In this document: one piece after another, positions 38,407 to 48,365 of the stretch
Layout of the letters: each line of letters opens with the position of its first letter
Position numbering within the stretch: position 1 is the first letter of the stretch
Assembly (NCBI GenBank): GCA_030833925.1
Contig: JAURGE010000008.1
Location: forward strand, 6,617-70,616
Source of the DNA: Alphaproteobacteria bacterium
Lineage (GTDB): Bacteria > Pseudomonadota > Alphaproteobacteria > Bin95
Reading direction: 5' to 3'
DNA: 64,000 nt
Notes under the pieces: generated by a model
What the model was told of the DNA's origin: nothing
Databases searched by the model: none
Seen by the model: only the letters and a program-made list of their open reading frames with translations
Translations under genes and position numbers: made by a program

Positions 38407-39683
38407 ATGAAACACTCACCGAACAATCAGCTGCGAAGGTTGAAACCTTCGGCTGTCGTTTAAATGCCTACGAAAGCCAGGTAGTCCGAGAGCACCTGGA
38501 AGCGGCCGGGCAACGCAATGTTATTGTGTTTAACACCTGCGCCGTGACAGCAGAGTCCGAGCGACAAGCCCGACAGGCAATCCGCCGCGCCCGCCGCGAT
38601 AGACCCAACGCCAAGATAATCGTCACTGGTTGCGCTGCTCAGATAGCTCCTGAGACGTGGGCATCGATGCCCGAAGTAGATCGAGTTGTGGGTAATCTTG
38701 AAAAGATGACGGCGACCACCTGGACTGACACCGCCTTAGCGGATGGCAATCTTGTTGTTAGCGACATCATGCAAGCAAAAGAGACTGCAACGCATTTAAT
38801 CTCCGGTTTTGGTGGTAAGGCTCGAGCATTCGTTGAAATTCAACAAGGATGCGATCACCGATGCACGTTTTGCATAATCCCCTACGGGCGCGGAAACAGT
38901 AGAAGCGCACCTGTAGGAGTAATAGCGCGCCAAGTTCAGTCACTTGTTGAGGCGGGAGTAGCTGAAGTTGCCTTCACCGGTGTTGATATAACTTCGTACG
39001 GCACTGATTTGCCTGGGAAACCCTCGCTCGCTCAACTCACACGCCGAGTTCTCGCGCAAGTGCCTGATCTAAAGCGCCTTCGTCTTTCTTCTATAGACCC
39101 GGCAGAGGTTGATGATGATCTGATACGCTTGATTGCTGAAGAACCAAGGCTTGCAGGTCACCTTCATCTGTCGCTTCAAGCTGGTTCTGACTTGATACTA
39201 AAACGGATGAAGCGGCGGCATTTGACCGAAGATGCTGTTCGCTTGACGGAACGTGTTCGCGAACTCCGCCCCGATTTGGCATTGGGCGCCGACTTAATCG
39301 CTGGATTTCCAACCGAGACTGATGAGTTGTTTCAACACACGCTTAACCACGTGCGCGAACTCGATCTAACCTGGCTACATGTATTCCCCTATTCTCCACG
39401 TCCAGGTACTCCTGCAGCAAGGATGCCGCAGAATTCTCGCGAAATTGTAAAGAAACGCGCAGCCATTCTGCGTGAACTGGGCGGAGTACAGGCCTCAAAA
39501 TATCTAAAAAATCAGATAGGAAAGAAAGTTCGTCCTGTTATGGAAACCGCCTATCGAGGACGCACTGACAGCTTTGCTGAGATTGAGTTAGACACTCCTA
39601 TGTCAATCGGCGCGATGCCACTAGTTCAAATAACAGACGTGCGGGAAGGTTGTCTTCTTGGAACCATGGAGACTGCCTTATGA
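38403..39683 (+). CDS. mtaB: tRNA t6A37 methylthiotransferase
   Basis: TFGCRLNAYES, NTCAVT, TGCAAQ, radical SAM CDHRCTFC, HVFPYSPRPGT; conserved dapF-mtaB-ftsY order. Confidence 0.94.
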   Translation: MNETLTEQSAAKVETFGCRLNAYESQVVREHLEAAGQRNVIVFNTCAVTAESERQARQAIRRARRDRPNAKIIVTGCAAQIAPETWASMPEVDRVVGNLEKMTATTWTDTALADGNLVVSDIMQAKETATHLISGFGGKARAFVEIQQGCDHRCTFCIIPYGRGNSRSAPVGVIARQVQSLVEAGVAEVAFTGVDITSYGTDLPGKPSLAQLTRRVLAQVPDLKRLRLSSIDPAEVDDDLIRLIAEEPRLAGHLHLSLQAGSDLILKRMKRRHLTEDAVRLTERVRELRPDLALGADLIAGFPTETDELFQHTLNHVRELDLTWLHVFPYSPRPGTPAARMPQNSREIVKKRAAILRELGGVQASKYLKNQIGKKVRPVMETAYRGRTDSFAEIELDTPMSIGAMPLVQITDVREGCLLGTMETAL

Positions 39684-40588
39684 GCTGGTTTGAACGCCTC
39701 AAACAAGGCTTAACCAGGACTTCATCTAAGCTTTCAAATGATGTGGCCGATGCAATAGATGGCCGCAAACTTGATGATGACGCATTAGAGCAACTCGAAG
39801 ATGCTCTTATCATGGCAGATATGGGTCCTGCTGTAGCAAGCCAGCTGATTGATAGCCTAAAGGATATGCGCGGACGAACGGTTGGCGACATCGAGGTGCG
39901 CGAGCGAATAGCTAAAGAAGTCACTCGAATTCTGGAACGGGTAGCAGAGCCGATAGACCTTTCAAGCGGCAAAAAACCATTTGTTATTTTGGTCATCGGA
40001 GTTAACGGAACGGGTAAGACGACAACGATTGGAAAATTGGCGTCTGCTTTGAAGCAATCAGGCGACAAAGTAATGATTGCCGCTGGTGATACTTTTAGAG
40101 CTGCTGCAGTAGAGCAACTTCAGATCTGGGGAGAGAGAGCTGGTGTACCGGTAATTTCCCAAGAGAATGGTTCAGATGCGGCTAGCCTGGCATTCCAAGC
40201 GCTAGAAAAAGCAAAGGCTGATAATGCCGATGTGCTTCTAATCGATACAGCGGGACGTCTACACAACAAATCCAACTTAATGGATGAATTAAAAAAGATT
40301 GTGCGCGTTATTAAAAAATTAGATCCCTCAGCACCTCACGAAACACTGCTTACGCTTGATGCAACTACGGGGCAAAATGCTCTCAACCAAGTCAAAGTCT
40401 TTGGCGAGATGGCAAACGTCACTGGCCTCGCAATTACGAAACTTGATGGCACGGCAAAAGGTGGGGTCGTGATATCACTCGCGAAGGCTTATGACATACC
40501 GGTCCGACTGATAGGTGTTGGCGAAGGTAAGGACGACATGCAGCCATTCGAACCAAACGAATTCGCGAGAGGACTGTTAGGCCTTTAG
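39680..40588 (+). CDS. ftsY: SRP receptor (short NG-only form)
   Basis: MSWFERLKQGL, GVNGTGKTTTIGK, DTFRAAA, DTAGR, TKLDGTAKGG; ATGA overlap with mtaB. Confidence 0.96.
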   Translation: MSWFERLKQGLTRTSSKLSNDVADAIDGRKLDDDALEQLEDALIMADMGPAVASQLIDSLKDMRGRTVGDIEVRERIAKEVTRILERVAEPIDLSSGKKPFVILVIGVNGTGKTTTIGKLASALKQSGDKVMIAAGDTFRAAAVEQLQIWGERAGVPVISQENGSDAASLAFQALEKAKADNADVLLIDTAGRLHNKSNLMDELKKIVRVIKKLDPSAPHETLLTLDATTGQNALNQVKVFGEMANVTGLAITKLDGTAKGGVVISLAKAYDIPVRLIGVGEGKDDMQPFEPNEFARGLLGL

Positions 40589-41196
40589 GCTAAGCCATGG
40601 ATTTCAGCAAAAGGATCCCAACTAGCGTCCCTTTTCCAGTCATATTCTGCACGAACTGCGACACGGTTAGCTTCAGAATTACCGTAAAATAGTTCAATCA
40701 TACCGAGCGCCATGTCCATACCGGCAGAGACACCTGAAGAGGTAAAATACTTACCATCTCTAACCCATCGAGCCTTGGGCTGCCAGTTAACGTTCGGTCC
40801 CTGCGTCATTACCCAGGCGAATGCAGCCTTATTTGTAGTAGCAACCTTGCCGTCTAGATGACCAGTCTTTGCTAATAATGCTGACCCTGTGCAAACGGTA
40901 GCAACCACTTCTGAACTTTCCGATGCCTTAGCAATCCAATCAATCAGAGAGCTGTCTTCCACACCTGGACGTGTTCCTGGGCCACCTGGGATCAGAAGAA
41001 TATCGAACGCCGTATCTTCAACAAAGCTCTGATCAACAACGCTGCTTGGTCCTTGGCGGCTTGCTACCGGATCCATGGTTGCAGCTATCATCTTGATGGT
41101 TGGAACATCCTCTAACATCCCAAACATCTCAAGAGGTCCAAACATGTCGAGCAGTTCGAACCCAGGAAATACAAGTGCCCCGATTGACCGTCCCAT
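40585..41196 (-). CDS. DJ-1/PfpI family protein (isonitrile hydratase-like)
   Basis: FELLDMFGPLE, IPGGPG, TVCTGS nucleophile Cys, TSSGVSAGMDM. Confidence 0.88.
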   Translation of the reverse strand: MGRSIGALVFPGFELLDMFGPLEMFGMLEDVPTIKMIAATMDPVASRQGPSSVVDQSFVEDTAFDILLIPGGPGTRPGVEDSSLIDWIAKASESSEVVATVCTGSALLAKTGHLDGKVATTNKAAFAWVMTQGPNVNWQPKARWVRDGKYFTSSGVSAGMDMALGMIELFYGNSEANRVAVRAEYDWKRDASWDPFAEIHGLA

Positions 41197-42149
41197 TAAT
41201 TAGCTTGCTTATAGTTCGAGTACTGACCCTGATTTCTAAAACGGATTAGATAATCAGGAACTTCAGCTGCTATCGCCGTTGCCTCTATACCGAGATCCGA
41301 AAGCTTGAGTGCCTTGTCATCTACTACGTTATCTTTCTGTAACAAAATAAGTTGATCGCGAGTCAACGGCGGAGATGGAAGAAGCTCCATTAAAGCCGCG
41401 AGTGGCTTCAGAAATAGGGCCGGGGCAGGAACGAGAGCACGCTTTCGGCCCGTCTCGGACAAAATGTATTCAAGTAGCTCCCTGAAATTCATAACTTCTG
41501 GACCGCCAAGCTCATAAGTCTTTCCAGAATATTCTTCGCTTTGCAGCACAGCTAATACGGCATCTGCCACATCGCCTACATATACGGGCTGAAACTTAGT
41601 CCTTCCCCCATCAATTAGCGGCAAAGCTGGTGCAATTCGTGCCATAGCTCCAAACCTATTGAAAAAATCATCTTCGGGGCCAAACACAACACTTGGACGC
41701 AGGATGACACTTTCAGGAAGAGCAGAGCGAACAGAATCCTCACCTAGGGCCTTGCTCCGTGCGTAAGCGCTTGCACTTTCAGCGCTGGCACCGATTGCAG
41801 AAACGTGCACCATCTGCCGAACTCCAGCTGCTGCTGCTGCACGTGCAATAGTCTGAGGCCCTTCAACATGAGCCATTCGGAAGCTCTGTCGACCACCTTG
41901 GGATAGTATCCCTATCAAATTAATTACAGCGTCGGATCCATCTACCGCTGCCTTCACAGAATCAGCCTGGCTGATGGAAACTTTCACCGGAGCCACCTGC
42001 CCAACTGCACCCATCGGCTTCAGAAATTTTGCGCCTTCTGGATCACGCGTGGCCACCCGCACGCGAGCGCCCTTTGCGGCTAATCGCTTGACCACGTAGC
42101 GGCCAATAAAGCCAGAGCCACCAAATACCGTGACTACTCGTCCTTGCAT
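41196..42149 (-). CDS. Complex I NDUFA9-like NAD(P)-binding SDR
   Basis: VTVFGGSGFIGRYVV, HVSAIGA, YARSK, RPSVVFGPED.FFNRF, FQPVYVGDVA. Confidence 0.9.
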   Translation of the reverse strand: MQGRVVTVFGGSGFIGRYVVKRLAAKGARVRVATRDPEGAKFLKPMGAVGQVAPVKVSISQADSVKAAVDGSDAVINLIGILSQGGRQSFRMAHVEGPQTIARAAAAAGVRQMVHVSAIGASAESASAYARSKALGEDSVRSALPESVILRPSVVFGPEDDFFNRFGAMARIAPALPLIDGGRTKFQPVYVGDVADAVLAVLQSEEYSGKTYELGGPEVMNFRELLEYILSETGRKRALVPAPALFLKPLAALMELLPSPPLTRDQLILLQKDNVVDDKALKLSDLGIEATAIAAEVPDYLIRFRNQGQYSNYKQAN

Positions 42150-42258
42150 TCCTTCTTAACCCTCTTACCGAAAGAAAAGTCATACCCCTTATACATCGGT
42201 AGGTATGCGATTGGCGACCACCCTTGCGATGCTAATGATAAGGTTTTATCCGAAGCGT

Positions 42259-43452
42259 ATGACCAATGCATCCATTCCTCACATCCGCCTTCTCCCCAAA
42301 CGCCACCGGCGAGTAAAAATGGGACATCCGTGGGTGTACTCTAATGAAATAGAAATGACACCAGAAGTTAAGGATTTAACTCCAGGTGTTATTACAACCT
42401 TTGAGAATGCTGCAGGTGAGCCGATCGGCACCGGAATGTTTAATCCAAGACCGCTCGTCGTAGGTCGTATTTTATCTACTGAAGTTAACCTCAAAATTGA
42501 CGAAGATTATATTTTTAACAGGCTTTCACGAGCCTGTGCCCTGCGTGACCGACTATTTCCGGAACCGTTTTATAGACTAATCCATGCTGAGGCCGATGGA
42601 ATGCCTGGCGTAATAATTGATCGATATGGAGACGTTGCCGTTGTGCAGATCAATACGGCTGGCTTCAGCCTTTTGGAAAACGAACTCCAGAGTGCGTTGA
42701 AGCGACTGCTAAATCCTAATGCTATAGTTTTTCAAAGAAGTTCGACTGTCCGTACCATGGAAGGACTATCTCTAGAGCCTGATGAAATTTTTGGAAAAAT
42801 CTCCGAACGGACAGAACTAATAGAAAATGGGCTTGTTTTTCTTACCGATCTTGCCAGCGGACAGAAAACTGGTTGGTTTTATGACCAGCGAGGCAATCGG
42901 GCTGCCGTTGCAGCCATTGCTTCAGGGGCTCGTGTTCTTGACTGCTACTGCTACCTTGGTGGGTTCGGACTCAATGCCGCTGCTGGGGGCGCAAAAGCAG
43001 TAACAATGGTCGATCGGTCTGAACCCGCTCTTGCTTTGGCTCAAGCAGCTGCTAACCGAAACGGATTAAGCAATATTTGCAAATTTGAGCGGGAGGATGC
43101 GTTTTCTTTTTTAGAGAAAGCCGTCAAAGCAGGTGAACGTTGGGACGTCGTGATCGTGGATCCTCCGGCTTTCGTAAAAAGTCGCAAAGACATTGCTGCA
43201 GGCCTTCGCGGTTATCGCAAACTTTTGCGCCTAGCTGCTCAATTGGTTGAGCCAGGCGGTTTTCTATTTGCCGCCTCATGCTCCCATAATGTTGACGAAA
43301 CGGCATTTAGCGAGCAAGTACGTCATGGCCTAGCCGATGCAGGTCGAACCGGGCGTCTCTTGCGCGCCGCAGGCGCTGCACCCGATCACCCTGTACACCC
43401 CTTCCTAGCCGAGAGTGCATACCTCTGCAGTGAGCTTCTTCAACTTGATTGA
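42259..43452 (+). CDS. rlmI: Class I SAM-dependent rRNA methyltransferase (RlmI family)
   Basis: GHPWVYSNE (PUA domain), HAEADGMPG, GQKTGWFYDQR, VDPPAF, SCS. Confidence 0.85.
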   Translation: MTNASIPHIRLLPKRHRRVKMGHPWVYSNEIEMTPEVKDLTPGVITTFENAAGEPIGTGMFNPRPLVVGRILSTEVNLKIDEDYIFNRLSRACALRDRLFPEPFYRLIHAEADGMPGVIIDRYGDVAVVQINTAGFSLLENELQSALKRLLNPNAIVFQRSSTVRTMEGLSLEPDEIFGKISERTELIENGLVFLTDLASGQKTGWFYDQRGNRAAVAAIASGARVLDCYCYLGGFGLNAAAGGAKAVTMVDRSEPALALAQAAANRNGLSNICKFEREDAFSFLEKAVKAGERWDVVIVDPPAFVKSRKDIAAGLRGYRKLLRLAAQLVEPGGFLFAASCSHNVDETAFSEQVRHGLADAGRTGRLLRAAGAAPDHPVHPFLAESAYLCSELLQLD

Positions 43453-43527
43453 TACCAGAATGGTTGCGCCGGGGGAAAATTCTGCCTAGCGTTTCAATGT
43501 CTGTCAGCACCAACGGGATTTTCCGCC

Positions 43528-45243
43528 ATGTACGACATTGTCATTCGAAACGGAACCATCATTGATGGCACGGGTGCACCCGGCTACACCGGTGATATCG
43601 CTATCAGCGGTGATAAGATCGCCAAGGTAGGCGGTAAGGTCGGCTCAGGTAAGCGCGAAATAGACGCCAACGGTAAATTGGTTACGCCAGGTTTCGTAGA
43701 TGTGCACACTCACTACGATGGCCAGGCTACATGGGACCCAATGCTCACACCGTCTTCTTGGCATGGTGTTACAACAATTCTATTTGGAAATTGTGGAGTT
43801 GGCTTTGCGCCGTGCCGACCCCAGGACCATGACGCCCTCATTGATCTTATGGAAGGTGTGGAGGACATCCCAGGGATTGTTTTGTCAGAAGGACTCAAAT
43901 GGGACTGGGAGAGCTTTCCAGAATATCTTGACGCCCTCGAAAAACAGGAACGTGTCATCGACATAGGCGCCCAGATGCCCCACCACCCGTTGCGGGTCTA
44001 TGTGATGGGGGACCGCGCCATTAATTTTGAGGACGCAACTGCAGAAGATATCGCAGAGATGCGAAAACTTACTGAAGAAGCTCTGAAAGCTGGTGCCTTT
44101 GGCTTCACAACTTCGCGAACAGAGTCCCATCGAACAACAAAAGGCGAACGCGTACCTGGCCGCTACGCAGCAGCAGACGAGCTCATAGGAATTGGTCAGG
44201 CGTTCAAAAACGTCGACCATGGCGCATACGGAATGCTCAATGATTTTGAGGATGAAGAGGCCGAATTCCAATGGATCGAAACTATTGGAAAAGAAACAGG
44301 TCGTCCTCTCTGGTTTCTTCTCACTGACCGTTATTCAGACCCAGAACGGTGGCGTCGCTTAATGAAAGGCGCCCATGCAGCACGTGATGAGGGGGCCAAT
44401 GTAACCGCCCAAATTGCTGGACGAGCTGTGGGTATCATTTTGGGCTTTTCAACTTCTCTAACTCCATTCAGCGGACGTCCGACATTTGCCGCGCTAGAAG
44501 GTGTTCCTCAACCTGAGAGACTAGCAAAACTTAAAGATCCAAAAGTTCGCGCTCAGATACTTTCGGAGGATAATTCGGACGAACTTCTCTCTCGGTTACC
44601 ACCCCTTCAGAGAGCCATCGCGAGTCGTTGGGATCGTATGTACATACTCAATGACCCTCCCGAGTATGAGCCTAAGCCTGAAGCCGCGGTGCAAGAGGCA
44701 GCACGGCTTGCAGGCAAGTCTCCTCAAGAATTTGTTTACGACTTCATGGCGGAAGGCGATGGCGGAGGCATGGTGCTTTTCCCGGTTACCAACTTTGTTA
44801 CTGGTGATCTAGAGCCTGTTCACGAGATGATGCAAGATGAAGCAACAATTGTTGGCTTAGGTGATGGCGGCGCCCATTGTGGCCAAATCTGTGACGCTTC
44901 AATGCCTACATTTATGCTGACCCACTGGACCCGTGACCGAACCCGTGGCGGAAAATTTCCCGTGGAATGGGCAGTTCGTCGCCTAACTAGCGAAACAGCT
45001 GACTTCTTTGGATTCAAAGATCGCGGAAGGCTTTCAGAAGGCTTGAAGGCAGATGTAAACGTTATTGATTATGATGCACTCCAAATTCGCCGGCCAGAAG
45101 TAATTTTTGATCTTCCAGCGGGTGGCCGTCGACTAGTTCAACGGGCTGAAGGATATGTGATGACCATAGTATCCGGCGTGCCAGTTTTTGAAAATGGCGA
45201 ACATACAGGCGCACTGCCAGGTAAGTTGGTCCGGGCTGGTTAA
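43528..45243 (+). CDS. N-acyl-D-amino-acid deacylase family amidohydrolase
   Basis: DIVIRNGTIIDGTG, PGFVDVHTHYD, GNCG, DGGAH, DLPAGGRRL. Confidence 0.88.
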   Translation: MYDIVIRNGTIIDGTGAPGYTGDIAISGDKIAKVGGKVGSGKREIDANGKLVTPGFVDVHTHYDGQATWDPMLTPSSWHGVTTILFGNCGVGFAPCRPQDHDALIDLMEGVEDIPGIVLSEGLKWDWESFPEYLDALEKQERVIDIGAQMPHHPLRVYVMGDRAINFEDATAEDIAEMRKLTEEALKAGAFGFTTSRTESHRTTKGERVPGRYAAADELIGIGQAFKNVDHGAYGMLNDFEDEEAEFQWIETIGKETGRPLWFLLTDRYSDPERWRRLMKGAHAARDEGANVTAQIAGRAVGIILGFSTSLTPFSGRPTFAALEGVPQPERLAKLKDPKVRAQILSEDNSDELLSRLPPLQRAIASRWDRMYILNDPPEYEPKPEAAVQEAARLAGKSPQEFVYDFMAEGDGGGMVLFPVTNFVTGDLEPVHEMMQDEATIVGLGDGGAHCGQICDASMPTFMLTHWTRDRTRGGKFPVEWAVRRLTSETADFFGFKDRGRLSEGLKADVNVIDYDALQIRRPEVIFDLPAGGRRLVQRAEGYVMTIVSGVPVFENGEHTGALPGKLVRAG

Positions 45244-45293
45244 AACGCTAACGAGTTTTCCTTTTACATTTCCCAGAGAAAGCGGGGGCGGTA

Positions 45294-47003
45294 TTGGATA
45301 ATCCGAGCCCTATTGATGCTATAGCACTTGAGGTCTTCTCAAACCGTCTCCTTGCAATAGCCGAAGAGATGGGCCGACGGCTTGTGCGTTCATCATTCTC
45401 TCCAAACATTAAAGAACGAAGAGATTGCTCGACCGCGTTATTTGCCGCTGACGGCCGACTGATAGTTCAAGCGGCACACATCCCAATCCACTTGGGCTCT
45501 CTCTTTGGAGCTATTGAGGCGATCATTACCAAATTTCCGCTCGAGAACATGAAACCAGGAGATGCATTCATTGCGAATGATGCCTATCTCTGCGGCGGAA
45601 CACACTTAAACGATATTTCAATTATCGAACCTGTGTTTGTAGAAGGTGGTGTTCACTATTTTGTTGCTTGCATTGGCCATCACACTGACGTGGGAGGCCC
45701 AACACCCGGCTCGATTGCCCCAGACGCCGCCTCAATCTTCGAAGAGGGCATCAGGATTCCTGCAACCCAAATTGCACGAAGTGGTGAACTTGATACTGGA
45801 TTAATAGAATTAATTGCCCACAACACCCGAGAACCTGAAATCCGCAAATTAGATCTTGAGGTGCAGGCCGCAGTATCGCGCTTTGGAGCAATCCGCCTTG
45901 GGGAACTAGCATCACAAGAAGGCAGCAAACGCATGGCTTTGCTTGCTGATGGCCTAATCGAATATGCCCGACGTCGCCTTGCTGGGCGAATTGCTGAACT
46001 TCCAAATGGCACATACGCACATACTGTCTGGATGGATGACGACGGACTTGGCGGTGATCCACTACCAATCTGCGCAACGCTGACTGTAGAGGGCGAGAGG
46101 CTAATTTTCGACTTTGCCGGAACTGGTAATCAATCCCGCGGCGGTTTCAATTTACTGCCCTCGGGGGTGATGGCAACTGTGGGATATGCAGTGAAGGCCC
46201 TACTCGACCCTGATCTTCCGCCTAATTCAGGGCTATTCCAAGCAGTGGAGCTCCAAATACCTAAAGGAACAATACTCAACCCTAGATTTCCTGCCGCGGT
46301 TGGAGCCAGAACAACTACCTGCCAAAAGCTCTCAAGTGCCATTTTTGGCGCACTGCAACCGGCCCTACCTTTAGAGCGGACGATGGCTTCAAGTCACGAT
46401 ATTCTCGCTTCTATGGTCTTCGGTGGTGAAACGACGACTGGAGAGCCATACGTCTATCTCGAAACGATTGGTGGCGGAAATGGTGCCCTCGCTGATATGA
46501 ACGGCATGGATGGCGCCCACTGTCACATTACCAATTCTTTAAATACACCAGCGGAAGCAGTTGAAAGCAGTTATCCCCTTCGCGTTATCGAATATTCACT
46601 CATTGAGGGATCCGGTGGAATAGGACGTATGCGTGGCGGCATGGGTCTTGCTCGCGAGATAGAGGCGGTGGGCCAACCAACCAGCTTTTCAAGTCGTGGA
46701 GATAACTTCAAAACATCACCCAAGGGAGTAAATGGTGGGGGTGATGGAGGTAGAGCCCGCGTGATCTTAAAACCAAAAAACGGAACTGAGAGGGTTGTTG
46801 ACGTCAAACAACGCCGCCTCACAATGGCCCCTGGCGATAGGGTCCGTATGGAAACGCCTGGCGGAGGTGGATTTGGCGCTCCTGCCCTACGGCCGGTAGA
46901 TCAGTTAGCTGCTGATATTGCAGATGGTCGCCTTTCTAATGATGCCTCTGATCTGTATCCTAAGCCCCTTGCCAATAGCGCAAAGGACATTGCTTCAGGT
47001 TAA
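45294..47003 (+). CDS. Second hydantoinase B/oxoprolinase subunit (no adjacent A subunit)
   Basis: SPNIKERRDCS, IPIHLGS, GGTHLND, HHTDVGG, SIFEEG, TPGGGGFG. Confidence 0.9.
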   Translation: MDNPSPIDAIALEVFSNRLLAIAEEMGRRLVRSSFSPNIKERRDCSTALFAADGRLIVQAAHIPIHLGSLFGAIEAIITKFPLENMKPGDAFIANDAYLCGGTHLNDISIIEPVFVEGGVHYFVACIGHHTDVGGPTPGSIAPDAASIFEEGIRIPATQIARSGELDTGLIELIAHNTREPEIRKLDLEVQAAVSRFGAIRLGELASQEGSKRMALLADGLIEYARRRLAGRIAELPNGTYAHTVWMDDDGLGGDPLPICATLTVEGERLIFDFAGTGNQSRGGFNLLPSGVMATVGYAVKALLDPDLPPNSGLFQAVELQIPKGTILNPRFPAAVGARTTTCQKLSSAIFGALQPALPLERTMASSHDILASMVFGGETTTGEPYVYLETIGGGNGALADMNGMDGAHCHITNSLNTPAEAVESSYPLRVIEYSLIEGSGGIGRMRGGMGLAREIEAVGQPTSFSSRGDNFKTSPKGVNGGGDGGRARVILKPKNGTERVVDVKQRRLTMAPGDRVRMETPGGGGFGAPALRPVDQLAADIADGRLSNDASDLYPKPLANSAKDIASG

Positions 47004-47054
47004 AAGTTATAGTGAAGCACTTATAGGTCAATAAAATTAAGAAGGTTCGTGCAC

Positions 47055-47552
47055 ATGCCTGCTGCTACCGATTCAAAACGCCCTTGGCGTGAGCCACGTG
47101 TTCCGGAACAACGGTATTTTGAAGACTTCAAATTGGGTGAGCGGTTTATTTCCCCCTCACGAACACAAACTGATGCACTTTTCGCAGCGTTCCAAATGGC
47201 AAGCGGTGACAACCATCCAATCCACTACGATATTGAGTTCTGTCGAAGCCTTGGCTTTCCGGGTCTCCTTGCCCACGGCATGCAAGTGTTAATTCAAGCT
47301 GCTCCCGGAGCAGGCGATTTTCCCTTCATCGTACAAGATAGTCTGAAAGCGATTGTTGAGCTTACAGCGCGCTTTAAGGCTCCAGTCTTCTCTGGAGACA
47401 CCACCTATCCCATGCTTGAGGTCATCGGGTTAGAGCCAGGGCGAACAACAGGTGTCATTGTGCTGCGGGCGACAGTGCATAATCAGCGAGATGAACTTTG
47501 TATGGAAGGTGAAATTAAGACGCTGATCAAACGCAGAGAGCCAACAATCTAA
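47055..47552 (+). CDS. MaoC family (hot-dog fold) dehydratase
   Basis: RYFEDF, SGDNHPIHYD hydratase motif, AHG, FKAPVFSGDT. Confidence 0.88.
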   Translation: MPAATDSKRPWREPRVPEQRYFEDFKLGERFISPSRTQTDALFAAFQMASGDNHPIHYDIEFCRSLGFPGLLAHGMQVLIQAAPGAGDFPFIVQDSLKAIVELTARFKAPVFSGDTTYPMLEVIGLEPGRTTGVIVLRATVHNQRDELCMEGEIKTLIKRREPTI

Positions 47553-47686
47553 TTTCTAAACTTGGAGCAGTGAATTGATTTGTGAATATTTAGGATCACA
47601 AAGCGTCACCAGCTAATACCATTCTATTAGGCCCACCCAAGCTGGTGAACTAAATCATCTCATCAGAAGTCAAATAGAGGATATCT

Positions 47687-48337
47687 ATGCCACCCTTTGA
47701 CCTTCAAGAAACCACCAAATTACTGAGCACTACCAGAGCCGTCAGAAAACGCCTCGATTTTAATAAACCAGTGCCTCGCGAAGTAATTATGGAGTGCCTT
47801 GATATTTCCCAGCAGGCTCCCACCGGCAGCAACCGCCAAGGATGGCGATGGCTTGTTGTATCAGATAGTGAAAAACGCAAAGCTCTTGCCGACATATACC
47901 GAAAAGGGGCTGGAGATTATCTGGTAAACTCTGAGGCTAAAGCAGCAGCTGATGGCGATCATCAATCAGTTAGAGTTTATTCTTCAGCACAATACCTAGC
48001 TGAGAACCTCGAAAAAGCACCGGTCCATGTGATCCCACTGATAAAAACAGATCATATGCCTGAAAACCCTCCAGCTCGAGCCTGGGCTGGACTGATGGGC
48101 TCAATCATGCCTGCAGTTTGGAGCTTCCAACTTGCGCTACGCGCTCGTGGGCTTGGCTCTGCCCTAACGACACTTCATCTTCATCACGCGGAAAATGCAG
48201 CAGATCTGCTCGGCATCCCAGACAAATTCATGCAAGTAGGTTTATTACCAGTTGCTTACACCCTCGGGACAGACTTTAAGCCAGCAAAAAGGCCACCGGT
48301 TGAAAACATAGTATCCTGGGAAAAGTGGCAAGGATAA
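47687..48337 (+). CDS. Nitroreductase family flavoprotein
   Basis: TTRAVRKRLD, QAPTGSNRQGW, LALRARGLGS. From memory it resembles mycobacterial Rv3368c-type proteins. Confidence 0.88.
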   Translation: MPPFDLQETTKLLSTTRAVRKRLDFNKPVPREVIMECLDISQQAPTGSNRQGWRWLVVSDSEKRKALADIYRKGAGDYLVNSEAKAAADGDHQSVRVYSSAQYLAENLEKAPVHVIPLIKTDHMPENPPARAWAGLMGSIMPAVWSFQLALRARGLGSALTTLHLHHAENAADLLGIPDKFMQVGLLPVAYTLGTDFKPAKRPPVENIVSWEKWQG

Positions 48338-48365
48338 AGGGACCCGAAACAACAAGTCCTAGAGA

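Noticed and set aside
48338..48360. Hairpin between convergent nitroreductase and Rieske genes
   Set aside because: The stem is weak and G-U rich with no U-tract, so it is not supportable as a terminator.
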